Origin: Trichoplax adhaerens
Taxonomy: Eukaryota; Animalia; Placozoa
Assembly (NCBI RefSeq): GCF_000150275.1
Contig: NW_002060945.1
Span: 383,872-447,871 of the forward strand
Direction: 5' to 3'
DNA: 64,000 bases
The position numbers and the translations under genes were made by a program. The stretch's first letter is position 1, and every line of letters begins with the position of its first letter. Shown here piece by piece: positions 1 to 15,049 of the stretch. The notes beneath the pieces are model-generated. The model was given only the letters and a program-made list of their open reading frames with translations. It did no database searches and had not been told where the DNA came from.

Positions 1-1621
1 CAATTAGGTAAAAGCCTCTTTAAAGAAACATTGTCTATTTACAGACGAAGTTTACATATTATCGACTAATAAGATGAAATGGTACATACGTATTTAGATA
101 GGAAAAAAAATAACGCAAATGAAATGAATTAAAAAATAGGAGAACAATCAAGTGCTATGTCTTCGCATATTGTTATAAAAAACTATTACTGCAATCAATT
201 CTGTACAATATTAATTATCTCTGCTACGGCTACTGTGTCTGTAACATTTTAAATCACAAAGCAGCAATAGAAGAAGATTTATAAATATTGGATATTATCA
301 CTTTTTACATTAACTTCCTGCACATTAAAAGATCATTCGTCATGACGGCATATATAGACGTGATCATCGCTAAATTACCCATGGCTAAATTCCCCAAATT
401 TACTATGCATCAATTTTTCTACTGACATAAAAGTATGGCCTTACAATGCTGTCGTAGCGAAGCTACTAAATAAACTATAGTTCTAGTTATTGTTGTCAAC
501 ATGTTTGCAGAAGTTAAAAATAGATACTTGTTAAAATGGGAATAATTTTAAAAGAAACTAATTTTGTACTGTCATTATAATATTATATCAATTTAGTTTT
601 CCGCAGAACTATAATAATTGTAGAATTTTCCACTCGTATACAAAATCTCGTAAGTTGTAAGTAATAAATGCGATTTGAATACAGTACTATTATTTAAGAT
701 CTCAAGATCGTAAAAATATAAGGTGCACGTAAAATAGCCTCACAATTCTTGTAAAAGTTATAGAAAATTTTATCTACCAGGGCTAGTTATATACAACTGA
801 TTCAATTTGATACAGAACCAGTATAAAATCTGTTATATTCCGAGTCTTTTGTGACTAAATTGCGCCCAGTTGAAGAAGTAAATTTAGTTACAATTACAAT
901 AATATTCATACTTTCTACATCCATACTGTCTTGAAAGAAAATAGAGGTGATGATAACTTAAACAATATTCTACTAATGATTTCTAAGGTGAAATGAAATA
1001 AGAGCTAGTTATAAATCTAAATTTGTAACCAAAGTATTAAATTACAATCTGTAAATTAAATACTACAAGTCTACTGTAAGGCCTATCCTCCCCGATATCG
1101 ACCTACAATACGATACGAAACACTAATGATATTACTGTCGTCAGAAGATTGCCGTAAACTATACATCTCTCTAGATTAAACTATTAAAGCATAGAAATCT
1201 CATCAATAGCAGTAATATAAACTAATATCACATCGTACTATCTGTCGAAAATAAAGGAGTATTTGCCTACCAAAGTCACATAGTGGCAGATTACGTCGAA
1301 AATTCTTACGTAATTGCAGCTAGTACTTTCACTTGATATAATGCGAATTCAATAATAAATCTGAATTAGAATATGATGCTTATAGGTGAACTTTATATAA
1401 CATATAAGCGTATATATATTTGTTCAATATGCGACAAATTCAGTTATCAGAATATAGCTATAGGCACGTAACTTACGTATTTTTCGCATGTAGATTATGG
1501 AATGTACAATGTTCTAAGTGATACTAGTATTATAAACTATCTTATCAAATTGTAGAAAAGTGTAAAGTGCACACTCAAACATCCTACCAATTTAAAGACA
1601 AAAATATAGATAAACCTACAA

Positions 1622-1764
1622 AATCTCTGATGATTTTTAAATAACACAGTTTATTAGATGATAGCATTACTGAATGCGATATAAAATCAATAATCTCTGA
1701 TGACCTTTAAAATGATGCAGTTATGACAGGAAACTAATACTGGAGGCGACATAATATCAATAAT
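1622..1764. repeat. Diverged 70-bp tandem duplication
   Basis: aatctctgatga...gcga.ataa.atcaataat recurs at 1622 and 1692. Confidence 0.75.
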
Positions 1765-3207
1765 TAGTACAATTCTTTATAAACAGAATTAAAGAATGGT
1801 TAGTGTTTTTGCGACATAAGTTACTTTACAGCAATGAAACTCTGCAAAATAGCGATACAGAAAATCAAGTTGATCGATAGCCCAACATCCTGTGATAATA
1901 TTTTCTTTAATCTAACATATTGTAAGAACGCTTTTACAGTATAGCATTTAGGGAGAAAAATACAATTCAGAAAATTGGATAGATTTTTCTCATATGTATC
2001 GTGTCTTATCCTGCTATATATACAGTAATGAAGCCTATCGATTTTCATAGTTTATAAATGGGCGGAATAGTTATAACAATTGTTGCTTCATATCAACTGG
2101 CTTACTTAAATTAAAAGTTTTTTCATGTTAGCCTCTTCAAAATTATTAAAAAATTTTAATTTACTAATCTTGATAATTTAATTTTGTTCTTAGAGCTAAT
2201 TTCAAATAGAAATATTTCATTGTTATTATTCACATATTACTAACCAATTACTGTAGATCATATTCACATTGTTTAAATTAAACCTATCGCAAATTTTATC
2301 ATGCGCACACTGGCATTCTTTCGAGATTAATACTATAAATTGATTAGTGTTTCTTCAATACTTTTATCGATCAAAATTTATAGACCACTAAATCAACTAG
2401 TGCATTAAATTGGCATACCATAAGCTCTCAATCGCCACTCGATCAATAATGATTCTACTATTTGACGGACTTAAATGATATCATCAAGCTGCTAAAATAG
2501 TAAATATATTACAGTATATTAACGGATCCGCGATAGCTAAAAAAGGTTTTTATCTATTATACTTCAGAAGATACTGTGACGAAAGAATAAAGGTGGTACA
2601 AACTGATCTCCAGAGATATTTTTCTGCTGGATTTGGTTTATCTGATGCCTCATCGAAATCATCGATTAAACATTTTATGATTGACATATTATAAACAGAA
2701 TATATATTACCAAAGTTTTATCTATTTGCATTTCATGCGAATGCATTAATAACGAATTAAAAATTTGATAAAAGATAATCAGCAGCCGAGTAGAAACTGA
2801 GGCTCATATCCAGTGTAAGAGCAAATATTAAAATACATTGATATTATGAAATGATATTACTGTTACAGCATAACGGTTCTAATATTCAATAGCACATATT
2901 CTGAATCATTTGATATTTGCTATTTGCCAAAGAAAATTAGTTGATTATCAATGTAATATAATGGAATCATCAGTCAACTGAAGGCCAAGGCTTTTACATC
3001 TAATGCATCGAATAATTTTACATTTATGTCAATGAAAGGTGGTTCATTGTAACAGAATAAAGGAATCTAGCATAAAATGTGTGCTAAAAATATTTACTAT
3101 TTCATCAATATCCAATAGCATTGTTGAGAAGTTATAGCTGATACACCCACGATAGCAAAATTTTACGAAATAATAGATCTAGCATCAATTTTTCATTATA
3201 AAAATAA

Positions 3208-3425
3208 ATCCTTGTAGTATAGTCCCAAATATATCTAAGACTAAGATTGTTAGATTGTGCGAAAATAGATAAGTTGTAAGCGAGATTGTAAGATTGTATA
3301 TGGATAGTCCAGAGTTAGTCTAAGAATAGTCCTTGGTAGTAGTTAGACGAACCTAACTTATGTAATAAAGTGAAATTTACGAGAAACTGCAAGTCTTGTT
3401 TTATCTTTGAGAAGACACTTTATAA
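3208..3425 (+). repeat. Interspersed repeat; second copy at 54701-54838
   Basis: Shared blocks taagactaagatt, ttggtagt.gt.agacgaaccta and tttgagaagacactttataa; this copy has roughly 80 bp extra internally. Confidence 0.75.
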
Positions 3426-6400
3426 AAACTCTATAGACATACAAGAATAAACGCTATCTAGATAACTTTCTAATGATGATCGTTTAACCATAGCTAACAG
3501 TCATTATTATTAACACAGCAAGAATTATCACAATAATGTTCTAAATACCGTACTTCTTTGACTCAATTGTGGTATTAAGTTAGAATTTCGATAGCTACGC
3601 CTGGCGAAGATTAATAGATAAATCATTTATTTAGAAGTGAGCCGCCAATATGTACAATTGTTATTATGATTTATAAAAAAAATCAATCACAACGCTCCCA
3701 GCCTGTTGTAATAAAAATATTTCTGAAATAACTGTCTTAGTCAAATATTATTTTCAAAAAGGCTTTTACTACAAAGCTTAAGAATAGTAAAGCAATAATT
3801 GATTGCTAGCAAAAATTTAATTTAAAGTATCACGAGCTCAAAGGGAAATGAAGTCTCTTACGTGAGTTCATCTCTGTAGTTCTTGAATACATTTCAATAA
3901 ATCATTTATGACAACACAATCTGTCACTATCAAACTTGAGTTATTAAACAAAATACTTTTCCTCAAATAAACCATCATTATCTTCTATAATCCGAATCAT
4001 TCTGCTTAAAATATCACTTTTCTTCTATTAATATCTAGCACCTAATATATAGAAAATTGCTCATTATCAGATATTTAACCTAAACCTCAATTAGACTGAT
4101 ATTACATCCAGTCTTAATAGACAACAAGGATATTTACTTCGTTACTTTAAAAAAGTAGGAAGACCTTTACAAACTTTTGGCATTATGAGTTAGGAAAGCG
4201 ACAAGCTACGGAGATAATAGTCTACGTATAATGTACTTAATTCAACTGTCTTCATAAAATACAGTTAATATTAGCAACCGCTAGCAGAGTCAATGATAGC
4301 TCCAGCGTAGCACTAAGGCCATTGAATAAAGAAATTATCCAACAGTAATAATGTACTATCATTCTATTTACTATCCTATTGCAGCTAATTTGCGCTATTA
4401 CGAGGTAAAGCTTTTAATTTACGATCGTTCAATCGTATTTTAGAATAGGAATAAATAACGTTAGTATGAAGTATCAATAAAATAATCTTTTACAGAGATA
4501 CAATTTAATCATCAATGCTCTTATTCTTAGTTTTTATCCAGTAGAAATATAGATTGTAATTTATGAAGTAATCAATTACGACTAAATTCCTTATCAAAGA
4601 TCGGAACAATATGCTTAATACCTAGTGGCTATAATTTCTTGATGGCATGTTTATTTAATTTCTAATCAATGAGAGTAGTTGATTTTTATGGATGTATATA
4701 TACTACAAATATACATATATTCAGCATTGCACTATACCGGTATACTCTACTTTATATCCATAATCTAATAAAGATAGTATAGAGTAGATTAAATTATTAA
4801 CGTGGATATGGTTAATCAAAGTATGAATGATTAACGAAATCGTTAATCATTGTTAATAGTTTTACCTTCATGTAGTAAGTAATTTTAACGAATCATTAAA
4901 TCGAAAAATGCAGTAAAGAAAACCTAAAATATCTTAAGACTTATTCTAAAGTTGATGAATTCTAATCGTATTGGCAACTAGACTCAATTCATCGTAATCA
5001 TATTATCAATCGATCTAAAAAAACTTGCTTCTTAGAATAGCTTACGATAGACGATATGCTTGACTCGATTTCAAAAGGTTCCTTTCGCCCCATACAAAAG
5101 GATATCAGTCATGCGGTAGGATTATTTCATTCCGTAGTTTTTCTATCGTTCCATTTTAGATTGACTAAAAGTTTCCTAATGTATAACATACAGGTGACAG
5201 CATTATAAAGTAAGATGTTTTATGTATTATAATCCATGACAAATAAAAGAACGGGGATCTTAAAGTGGAAATTCTTAACACAATCATTTTAATCAATAAC
5301 GGAGGATATCTAAATTTTTCCTGACGAATAAATGAGAATCTTAACTATTTGCATATTAAGGTCTAAAAATAATTTAATTGGTACAGATAGGCATCAGTAC
5401 CTCATCAAAATGATTTCAATTACTCCAATAGCGATCTATGTATCGCATTAAGACATTTTAAAACTATAATAAAAAATTTAAATTGATCTCAATACGAATA
5501 CAGTATTCAATTCATATTTTTACAAAGTCCGTCATACAAGTCACCACCTTCACAGTTAATTGTTATTTATTGATTCATACAGAAACGTTGTAATCATATG
5601 TTCGCAACTCCGAATTGGTTCATTTTTTTAGCTGTGAAAAATTTTAGTATTCATCATCTTGCAGTCAATTTTTAATTTTAATCTAGAAGAATGCTGTTGA
5701 ATAGCTTATGCAATGTAGCCAATGAAGCAGACAATGCATTTCTTAATGCATGTATCGCAATTTAGCTATCTTAAATTCGTTAAAGAAAAAACTTGCAAAA
5801 ATCATGATCGATAATATCATTCGTAATTATAATTAATACTTCTCTAATATTTATGCTATAATTAATTTATATCGATTTATATCTATTATTTCTTCGTGTC
5901 GTAAAGTATTAATTTAAACATAAAGATTTGCTAATAAGTTATTTAAAAATTTTAAATTTTAATATCAGTAAATCGTCCCATCAAAACTTTAGGAAATTTT
6001 ATAAAAGAGATATAAAAAGATGAATTAGAAGTAAATTTAAATAAACTTAGATACAATTACAATCAGTATTGCCTAATTTTTGCTGTGTTACTAATTATCT
6101 GACTCTAGTTGATGGCTAATATGTTACGGAGCTAACAGAAAGCAATCTTAAAATAGAAATCTATAGAATAGTAAAGCGATTCAGATGTGATGAAAAAACT
6201 GTTGTAATTTGATAGTTTTTTACTTCTTATCAAAAAATTTGAGCCTTTTTCGAGCAAGTAAAGATGAAATTATTGCAAATGCTTATTAATCAAAGCATAA
6301 GCGCACAGTTACATAATTTACAAATGAGACAGTAATTGTTAATCGATAGACTATAAAAAAAGGCCTATTTCTGCTATTGTGATAGAGCTTATCTTTTGAT

Positions 6401-7362
6401 AGAAGAGAGGATATTTTTTAGCGTAGGCAGATGTTAATATTTTCTTTATAAATTATTTTATCGATATGTTAAAATTGAATTTCTAATTCTTTGTATAAAA
6501 TTGATTTATTCTAATACTATAAATAATTTTTTCAATACAAATCTATCAAATTAATTATTTAATTCTCACGTGAAATGCAATTTAACTTGATTAAGCTATC
6601 AATTCTGGTACTTCGTAAAATACGATATCAATACATTTTTGGAAAAGTATAGAATTAATTGAATAATCGAATGCCAACATGCAAAATATACGATGCTATT
6701 TATCCTTAAATGGAATATTTAATAAAAGAAGATGTCGGATAATTTAATTAAAATATTTTATAATGACTATAGAAGAAAAAGTTAAATGAATGAAATAACA
6801 TATATCTTGATAGTTAGGTATAGATACAACACCTTCATCGTCAGCGTTAATCATTTTGTCGTCCCGTAATTATACAGAAGTTTATTTACTATTAAATCTT
6901 ACCCATTGTAAAATATATTACATGGATGAGCAATATTATAGACAATATATAGGTATATAATAGAGTTGTTTGCTTTTAGTAAATAATCCAGCTGATGTCA
7001 TCTCCTGATTTTATTAATAATTATAGTCAATTGAAGTGATTATTATCAATACTAGATGTTTTCTTCTTCAAGTCATACCGACTATTTATTCGTTCGTTCT
7101 GTGATATGTAGAAATTGTGTCTTATAAATCGGCTAATTAAAATTGATTTGTTCAGTCTTAAATCAACTAACGAGCTGAATTGAATAGCGTTGTTACGCTT
7201 ACCTTCATTTATTTAGAGTGTAAAAGAACTTGCAATATAAAAAATTTCTATCAAATTTAGCATCTTGCACCGAAAGTTATATTAACAATCCAGCCGTATT
7301 TAGTAATCTATATCAAATTATAACTTTAATCATTTTAGGTTGGACAGAAAAATTGATTACCT

Positions 7363-8478
7363 ATGGCTGTTAATGGACTAAATCAAACGATTATTAGTAA
7401 CCAAACCAGTGAAAACGTCTTTGGTCGTGATTGGTATGTCAAACGTTTTATGCATATCTTATATTGCGTGCTGGCTACAACGGCTATAATCGGAAATGCA
7501 TTAGTATGCATAGTCATTTTAACTATAAAGAATGGCAAAATGTTAAAGTCTGGTTTGAATTTACTTATTTTAAGCATGGCAATCATGGATACAATGACAG
7601 GTATAGTTATGTTTATTGTGCCATCATTTGCTATACCAGCTTCAGATTATATATATCCTACTGGCAATGTTACTGGGATGCTATTTTGTCGCATAATTGC
7701 TACACAATACATCTTTTTCTTCTTTGGATTTGGTTCAGTTTTTACTATTACAGCCATTGCTATCGAAAGATGGGTAGCTATTGCTAGACCTTATACGTAT
7801 CGAAAGATTATTACATTAAAGCGAACTAAAGTATTTCTGACAGGTTTATGGACAATAAATATCCTTATACCGCTTGATATAGTATTCCAGATGGATTTTA
7901 TAGGCAATGAACAGCCTCCATGCAAATGGAATAATTTTGTTCGAGAGCGACCAGGCATCTATTTCTTCACAATATTAGAAATGATACGTATGTTTATACC
8001 GGTCATCATCATCATAGGATGCTATACTGATATTGCAAAAAGAATCATTTATGCTGCACCCAGACCAAAAATTCATCAATCTTTTCCACGACCCTTCGCT
8101 TCTCGAAGATCAACAAACTCAATTAACACTCGTCGCAAGGTTACTATTATGGTTGCAATATCAGCTCTAGGGTTTATTACATGTTGGCTACCCAACGAAC
8201 TCTATTATACGCTGTACGCCTTCAACGTTGTTAAATCTATTAATGTTGATATTACACGAACCACCAAAACATTGATTGTAACTAGCTCATGTTTAAGCCC
8301 TTTAATTTATACGGCAGCTAATGACGATTATAGGAAAGGTATTTGGCAATTTTTTAACTATTGCAGAGCTACCAAGTTACCTTTACACAGTGTCCATCAT
8401 GTTCGAAATGTTATTGCACCATTAAATGTCAGTAAGAATGTATCAACTCCACCTGCTTATGAAACGGAGAAGCAATAA
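7363..8478 (+). CDS. Intronless class A (rhodopsin-like) GPCR, 371 aa, peptide-receptor-like orphan; paralog 1
   Basis: Seven hydrophobic segments with class A motifs: TM1 GNALV, TM2 SMAIMD, TM3 C...AIAIERW, TM4 W, TM5 FIP...Y, TM6 CWLP, TM7 SCLSPLIY; N-terminal N-glycosylation sequons (NQT x2). A candidate 3' splice acceptor (cattttag, ending 7338) just upstream suggests a 5'UTR intron. Confidence 0.95.
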   Translation: MAVNGLNQTIISNQTSENVFGRDWYVKRFMHILYCVLATTAIIGNALVCIVILTIKNGKMLKSGLNLLILSMAIMDTMTGIVMFIVPSFAIPASDYIYPTGNVTGMLFCRIIATQYIFFFFGFGSVFTITAIAIERWVAIARPYTYRKIITLKRTKVFLTGLWTINILIPLDIVFQMDFIGNEQPPCKWNNFVRERPGIYFFTILEMIRMFIPVIIIIGCYTDIAKRIIYAAPRPKIHQSFPRPFASRRSTNSINTRRKVTIMVAISALGFITCWLPNELYYTLYAFNVVKSINVDITRTTKTLIVTSSCLSPLIYTAANDDYRKGIWQFFNYCRATKLPLHSVHHVRNVIAPLNVSKNVSTPPAYETEKQ

Positions 8479-9279
8479 TTTATCGTGTGTAAATCTATTT
8501 TAAAATTTCCTTTCAATTTAATTTTGTTGTTTATAAATCCTTAAATAGAGCATGTACTGTATTGCTCAAAATTTAGGTTGATCATATTGCCAATACTAAA
8601 TATATCCAATTTAGTCAATAGATAAACCTAATCCCAATTTAAGATTGAAATTGAAATTTCCATTTCACTTGATATCTTGTGGATTCTTTATTGGTAATTA
8701 CAATCATCTATTGTATGAATACGTATACATTGTATATTACCGATCGTATACTATAGAGAAAAAATCTCAGGGATATAGCTTACACTATAATAAAATATCG
8801 ATATCCTAATGTACCATTTCCAGAATTGAAAAAGTGGTGCTCATTTATCGAAATGAAAGCCTACGGTAATTAATCAAAATAATTATTGGTAAGAATGTAA
8901 AGATAGCATATTTTTCTGTCATAAATTTATGACGAAGTTTACCTAAGATAAATCTCGAAATTTCTAAAGTCTCCAGGATTCAGTATCCGTGGACTATTTA
9001 CAAGAACTTAGACGCCTTTGTTTCTACGTTATGCAACTAGAGGACTGGTTTTCTTAAACTATCTTCGGATCTTATACACCTAGTAGCTAGTATTGATGGA
9101 TCATCTTAAGATTAACAGTCAAGTCTTACTTAATAGCCAAATTAATACCGAAATATTTATAGCCATAGGCTCTAGTAAATAATTCTAGATAACTAAACTA
9201 TCGTAGGTCCATTCACAGAATTATTTTAGTACGCCTAATATCTACTACTACTCAAAATTATAACCATGTGATATATACC

Positions 9280-9830
9280 GATCACGAAATTCCAAATTTT
9301 AGAAAATTAAGGGCTTTATTGAATCTTATACAAAGATTAACTACACACAGCTCTGCTCTAGCCGAATACTACCAACAAAGACTTCTAGAACGAACTAACA
9401 GAATAATCTAAAGTTGCATGCTTTTATACTTTTCGTAGCATTCGCAGCTACAGTCCGCACGGCAACCTTTTACCTTATTTTACACATAGTTAAATTATTC
9501 TTAGTAACACTATTCTACTGCGGACCATTATTAATCCGATATGGATACGACTACAGTATTTATGTAGACATTATTCACACCAGCCAAAGTACAATGAATT
9601 AACCATATCCTAATATGTGATTTGCGGTTCTATTTTTACCTATATACTTATTAGTAACTCAGCACCTTACTGTATATAGTCATTTGTACTCTAGCATAGA
9701 GTTTATACCACTACAGTCTATAGTTATGGCTACCAACTATCTCTTATGATAAATATAGAAGTTACGCTACCGTACAATATACTAAACATGGCTAACAGTC
9801 TACAATCATAATATTAAGCTACATTACAAA
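9280..9830 (+). mobile_element. Interspersed repeat copy A; possible decayed non-LTR retrotransposon RT fragment
   Basis: Clearly alignable, diverged direct copy at about 42215-42665 (e.g. ttaatccgatatgga, ctacagtattt..gtagacattattc, gataaatatagaa, acatggctaa.agtctacaatca). Degenerate translation ILFVAFAATV and LIRYGxxYS loosely recalls LINE RT motifs. Confidence 0.55.
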
Positions 9831-12800
9831 CCACAAGAACTTGTAGCGTAATCCTGACTATCTAAGGGTTAATGTTACCGTCCAATATACAATTTTTTCT
9901 AGCACATCATATCTTCGGTGATTCCTACTGTAAGTAATTAATTGTAATCACCGTATATAAATATCCAATTTGCTAAATTTATTCGTTTAATTCTTCGCGG
10001 CAATTCATACCGTGACCACCCATATTTACGCGTGTAATGTCCAAGAAAAATGTAAATGTACATGCACAAGAACTTGTATATATATACAGTATACACCGTA
10101 CAAGCGATATAATTAATGAGTGAAATCAGCATTCTCACGATGGAACAATTTCACTTTAATCTATTCTATAACTTTATTATTGAACTTGTATGATTTTTAC
10201 AACGTACTTGATTTCAGTGAAATTTTTGTAGCATATTCGCTACTAAAATACTGCAATTTACATCTTCGATTATACGTGAACATATTGAGAATAAATCTTA
10301 AATATATTGAGTAAAGAGTTGTTGTTTCAACAATTTCAGCACGATGAATTACATAAGTCATCCATGTTAAATACATGGCTTCAGTTTGAAAGTATACAGT
10401 CGTGTCTGTCAATTTTTAACAGCCAAAAGTAGCATAGAACAGAAAGGAGGGACACTTACGATAGCGAAGCAATTCCAATTTAATCAACCGTTTAATATTA
10501 CTCTTAAGAGAATCTTTGCATTGTATCTGTTATTAATAATATCTTAAATTTGCTGATGTTGCCTTCAAACAAATATTGTATGCCTACAGTATCGTATCTA
10601 GACTGTGTAAGGATTTTGATTCATGACATTTTTAATAAGATGTTACAGCTTCCATCTTTGGATGTTAATTCATAGAAAGATACCATTCTCTCAGAAATAT
10701 CATGTGTTGTAGCCATTATAGTTTATTAACAATTGCATACTTAGGTTTAATTTATACACTGATCCGCTTTTAACTGTAATGGCTTGAGACCGGTTAAGTT
10801 GTAATTATCTTCCCGTTCTGAAGATATATTCTAGAACTTATCGTTTACTGGAAAGTTTCAATGAAGATTTCACTATCTTTCTATAACTTATTTGACGCTA
10901 ATCCGTTCCTAAACTAAGCGATTGGAAGCAAGATGCAATGATATTTAAAATAATATTCATTCATTTCAATACATCAACATTATAATTATAGTGCTACGCT
11001 TTAGTTATTATACTTTTCAAATTAAGATATCATTCAACATTTATTATGTGCCTTGAATACGTAAGCAATAAATAAACAGATAATGAAGATCCTAAAATTT
11101 GTGTCGCGGTAAATAACCGGTAGCGGCATGATATGTTATTGGAAAAAGTAGAATAATACCATTATTTAAAACTATTTTTGATATGCACCCCTAGTAATAC
11201 TGAATTACGATTAAATCATTTCAGAAAATTGAATTTTCAACACTTACAAGCATATCAATGTCTTAAGGATTGTTTACGTTTTTATCGAGACAGTTTTCAA
11301 AAATGATCAAGGGTAATAGCAATACTTGCTATCCTCAGTAAACCATTACTTTTATGATTTTAAGACTTGACTTCGTATCTAATATTCTCAAGATTTTAAT
11401 TTGGCGGTAACATTAATAAATTTATATCGGAAATACATTTCGAGTTTAATTTCATTTGGAATCCTGTCACATAAACTCAAAATCAACTTAGGTAATTTGT
11501 CTTTCACAAAGACTTGTTGGCTTCATCTATTCCCTTAACGCCTACAGCTGTAATACTAGATCATTATCTGATCTCAAACATCATTGAATTGTTTAACTCT
11601 TCATTGATATTGTGTTGGGAAATGTTATTATGGTTACCAAGTTTAAAATAAAAGGATTTCAATTTCCGATTGCTGAAATTACATTCTCAACAATTGAAAT
11701 AAATAATTCTCAATCACTGATTAGTCTGTTATTTACTGATATTCATTTAGGTCCAGAACGGAATCTTCACTCCTATTCGCTTTTACTAGTAATGTTGAAA
11801 TGATATCGCAATGAAGGCATTCTCTCGCCGTAAATGATATTCTATAAATCAAAGATCAAAACTATTAACAAAAGCAAACAGTAAATGCTGTACAAAATTA
11901 TACAAGTGAAAGTATGCAATAAAATAAGAAATTAAAACATATGCTTAATTTTTTTCAATATAAATTCACATTTGCCAGAAAATTTCCCTGAGTAATTTAC
12001 CTTTCGGAATTTATAAACGCTAAACCACCCGATATCACATACGATATACATAAACATCCGCCAAGTAATTATTTCATTATATTATTTTGGCTAGAACAGA
12101 ATGGCATTCTCAGAGTAATTTATTGTCGATAAAAGGATATTATCTGCTCAACTATAGATTCCAATTTTAAATAGATCCTGTGTTATATTTTGGGATGTGC
12201 TGCCACAATAGCGCTAGAAAATATAGAGTTAGAATATTGAAGCGGGAATATAATCTTATGGGCGTCCTATCAGTAGAATAATTTTGTAGTTCTATATATT
12301 TTTAGTTAAAATTATCCTAAATGCAATCTATTTATTCGTAAAAGAAATATTATAGTATACATATAACCAATTTAAGGTTAAATAAAATGCCATCAGAATA
12401 ATATTAGCTTGTTGTCTTTTTAAAGCTTCTTACGACTTTATTGACGCTTGTAACAAACTTGCTAAGCTATCATATGCTAGTATATATTTCTTTACATTAT
12501 TTTATAATTCACATTTTCTATTACTTAAGTTATTACTTAATACTCGTATGCCCTGTATTTATAACAACATTAACAAATACGTAACTGTTGTAAGGGCATT
12601 GAGGAATACGTCAGCAATCGCATTTTTAGAAAGTGGAACACATAGTAATCTGAACCGTGCTCCAAGATCTAGCTGCAGTATTTGATATTTTGATAAGATC
12701 AATTTACTACAATTCGATGTCTTTTGAAAATAGCTTTGTAGAGATTGATTTAACTTATTATGCTGTAAGGCATCCAGTCAAGCAAGCGTGCATGTTGACC

Positions 12801-12949
12801 ATTTTCCGTATCGTCAACAAATTAAATTGAGTTTGCATGCGAATAGAAATAGCCGTGGTGCAAATTGGCATGATAGCATTAGACAATTGGTCATCTAAGA
12901 CTACGCAATAGCCATTTATCTAAAGTGCTCGACATGTTTCATCCTTTCC

Positions 12950-13275
12950 ACATTTTCTTCTGACTACACCTAGAGCTCGGAGAGATTTACACCCTAAAAA
13001 TTATTCTAAAAGAAATGAACACTTCTCAAAGAATTTGTTCTCTGAAATGTTGTACATGCTCCATTTTATCTTTTCCCCATTTTACTCTATCTAAACAAAG
13101 AAGTTCGGATCGATTTATACCTTGTAAAGCATTGTAAAAGAAATGGATGTTTGATAAAGAATGAAATATTCGATAAAAAATCCATTATGGTTAAGTGTTG
13201 TACAGTACGTGGTCAATTTGATCCCTTCTCCATTTTAATCTATCTAGGCCAAGAAGCTTAGATAGACTTATACCC
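12950..13275. repeat. Three diverged copies of a roughly 45-bp core at 130-150 bp spacing
   Basis: ccatttta.tctatcta...aagaag.t..gat.ga.ttatacc at about 13077 and 13230, with a weaker copy at about 12950. Confidence 0.6.
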
Positions 13276-15049
13276 TCAGCGTGTCTGCAAAGTAATGTTG
13301 TTGGGTGTTCAGTAAGCGACTCAGGTTTCGTATTGGTAGTTGAAAAGTATGCTTTTCTACTAAGATTACGCTAGACGCGACGCTAACAACAAGAACTGCC
13401 CTTTACATACAACTACCGAGAGATACATATGTAGTATGCAATAATTGCAATATATAGCTATTACGATGGGCTAGCATTAGTGTAAAGCCGATTCGGTTAT
13501 ATCTACAATATCCTCAAATAATTTGTGCGCAAAACATATAAAATTAGTTACATGAATTTGTAAGAGAAATCATAAAAAAATATACAATTAAAGAGGCTAA
13601 GAAGAACGTCATATGAAATTGTGGTTTAAAATGAAGGAATTTCTCTAGTTTTAGTGACATTATAGTTAAAACGGCAATCACGTTACCCAGCGAACTATGA
13701 TAGGAATATCGCGCATTTATCAACATAGTATTCGTATTTTGCGCGTAAACGAAGATCCACAAAAACTTTTAAAATTTTTGCCGTAAAGCAAGTTTCCTCA
13801 GTCATGCTGTCAGATAGCAACGCTCTTATTGACACCTGATTTACTTAGTCGATTCGACTTGCTAAATTAAATCTCTCGGTAGACTGAATACTATCCATCT
13901 AGAAATTATTTAACTAAAAATGTTTGTGGATGCATATTAAAATATGTCCATTACTTAATTATTCATTTTTATTTTGTCTCTCGCTAGGTAAACCTTTTAA
14001 TACTCCGTCGTATCCATATTCAAAGCTCTTTTCCGTACTATTTTCATAGTGAACTCCATTTTTGGCTACTAGATTTGGTTACGTTGTACAGCTGACAAAG
14101 TTAATCATGATCATATGCGAAGAAAATGCATTTCCACCTAGACTTACCTGAAGAGATACAAGCATCCAAACATATTAACTAATCAATATACCAATTTAAT
14201 CTTGATTCAAGATATATATTGTATAGAGAGTGTAATCAATAGATACAATTGCTATTATATTATTGAAGTGGACGAGAAAGACAACAATAAGTCTTCTACA
14301 CGTACTTGTCTCACCTTTCGAACTTTACGAGAAAAGTTAATTATTAATGGCGTTATCTATAGGCGATCAATGTCTTTCTTTTGTCTCTTATCTAACGATC
14401 ACCTTGAACCTTTATTTATCTAGTCACTTTCGCATTCGAGATTGATTCAGTTATCCGCCACGTTAGCTTTGATCATCCAATCAAAATCCATTTCGATCAA
14501 CAAACATACACATTGCTGAGATCATTATTATTCACGATAATTATCGAAAAAGCGTCATTTAAAGCGCGATGATACGTGACTTTACTCTCAACACGATTGG
14601 CATATCCACTGCAACGTCGTGTTCGAATCCGAAAACAGGATATTGAGCATTGATTTATCTTGCAATCAACTTAATGGGTAGGCTATATAAATTAGAATCA
14701 AGTCAAGTACTCATCAATATCGATTTAAACTCGCTACCGGAAAAGGTAGTCGATTGGTCCACATTTTAATGTATAGTTATTTAGTCATCAGAGCGTAAAA
14801 TCATTGATTAATTTTTTTTACAAACCGCTCAATGGGCTAGGTTGTGATCAAAAATACAATAATGTGTAGAAATGAGTTCCTGTAACAACAGTAGACTTAC
14901 CTACTTTACGAAGGTAAGGATAGCAAGCTTGAAGATGCAAATTAGCCCATTCATACATAGATTAAAGACGAACGATCAAATTATATTTTAATATTAATTT
15001 TTCTACTGGCTGGCAGACTTGCAGGTTGACAGCAATCATCGATGCAATC

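Noticed and set aside
7383-7787. Overlapping alternative-frame and antisense ORFs in GPCR paralog 1
   Set aside because: Shadows of the real CDS; no independent support.
12950-13275. Decayed collagen Gly-X-Y exons (every third minus-strand codon near GGN)
   Set aside because: Almost none of those codons are actually Gly, which is inconsistent with the similarity between copies; probably coincidence.
14560-14640. GTTCGAATCC tRNA T-loop/B-box-like motif at 14621
   Set aside because: T-stem is imperfect and no acceptor stem or cloverleaf could be built.
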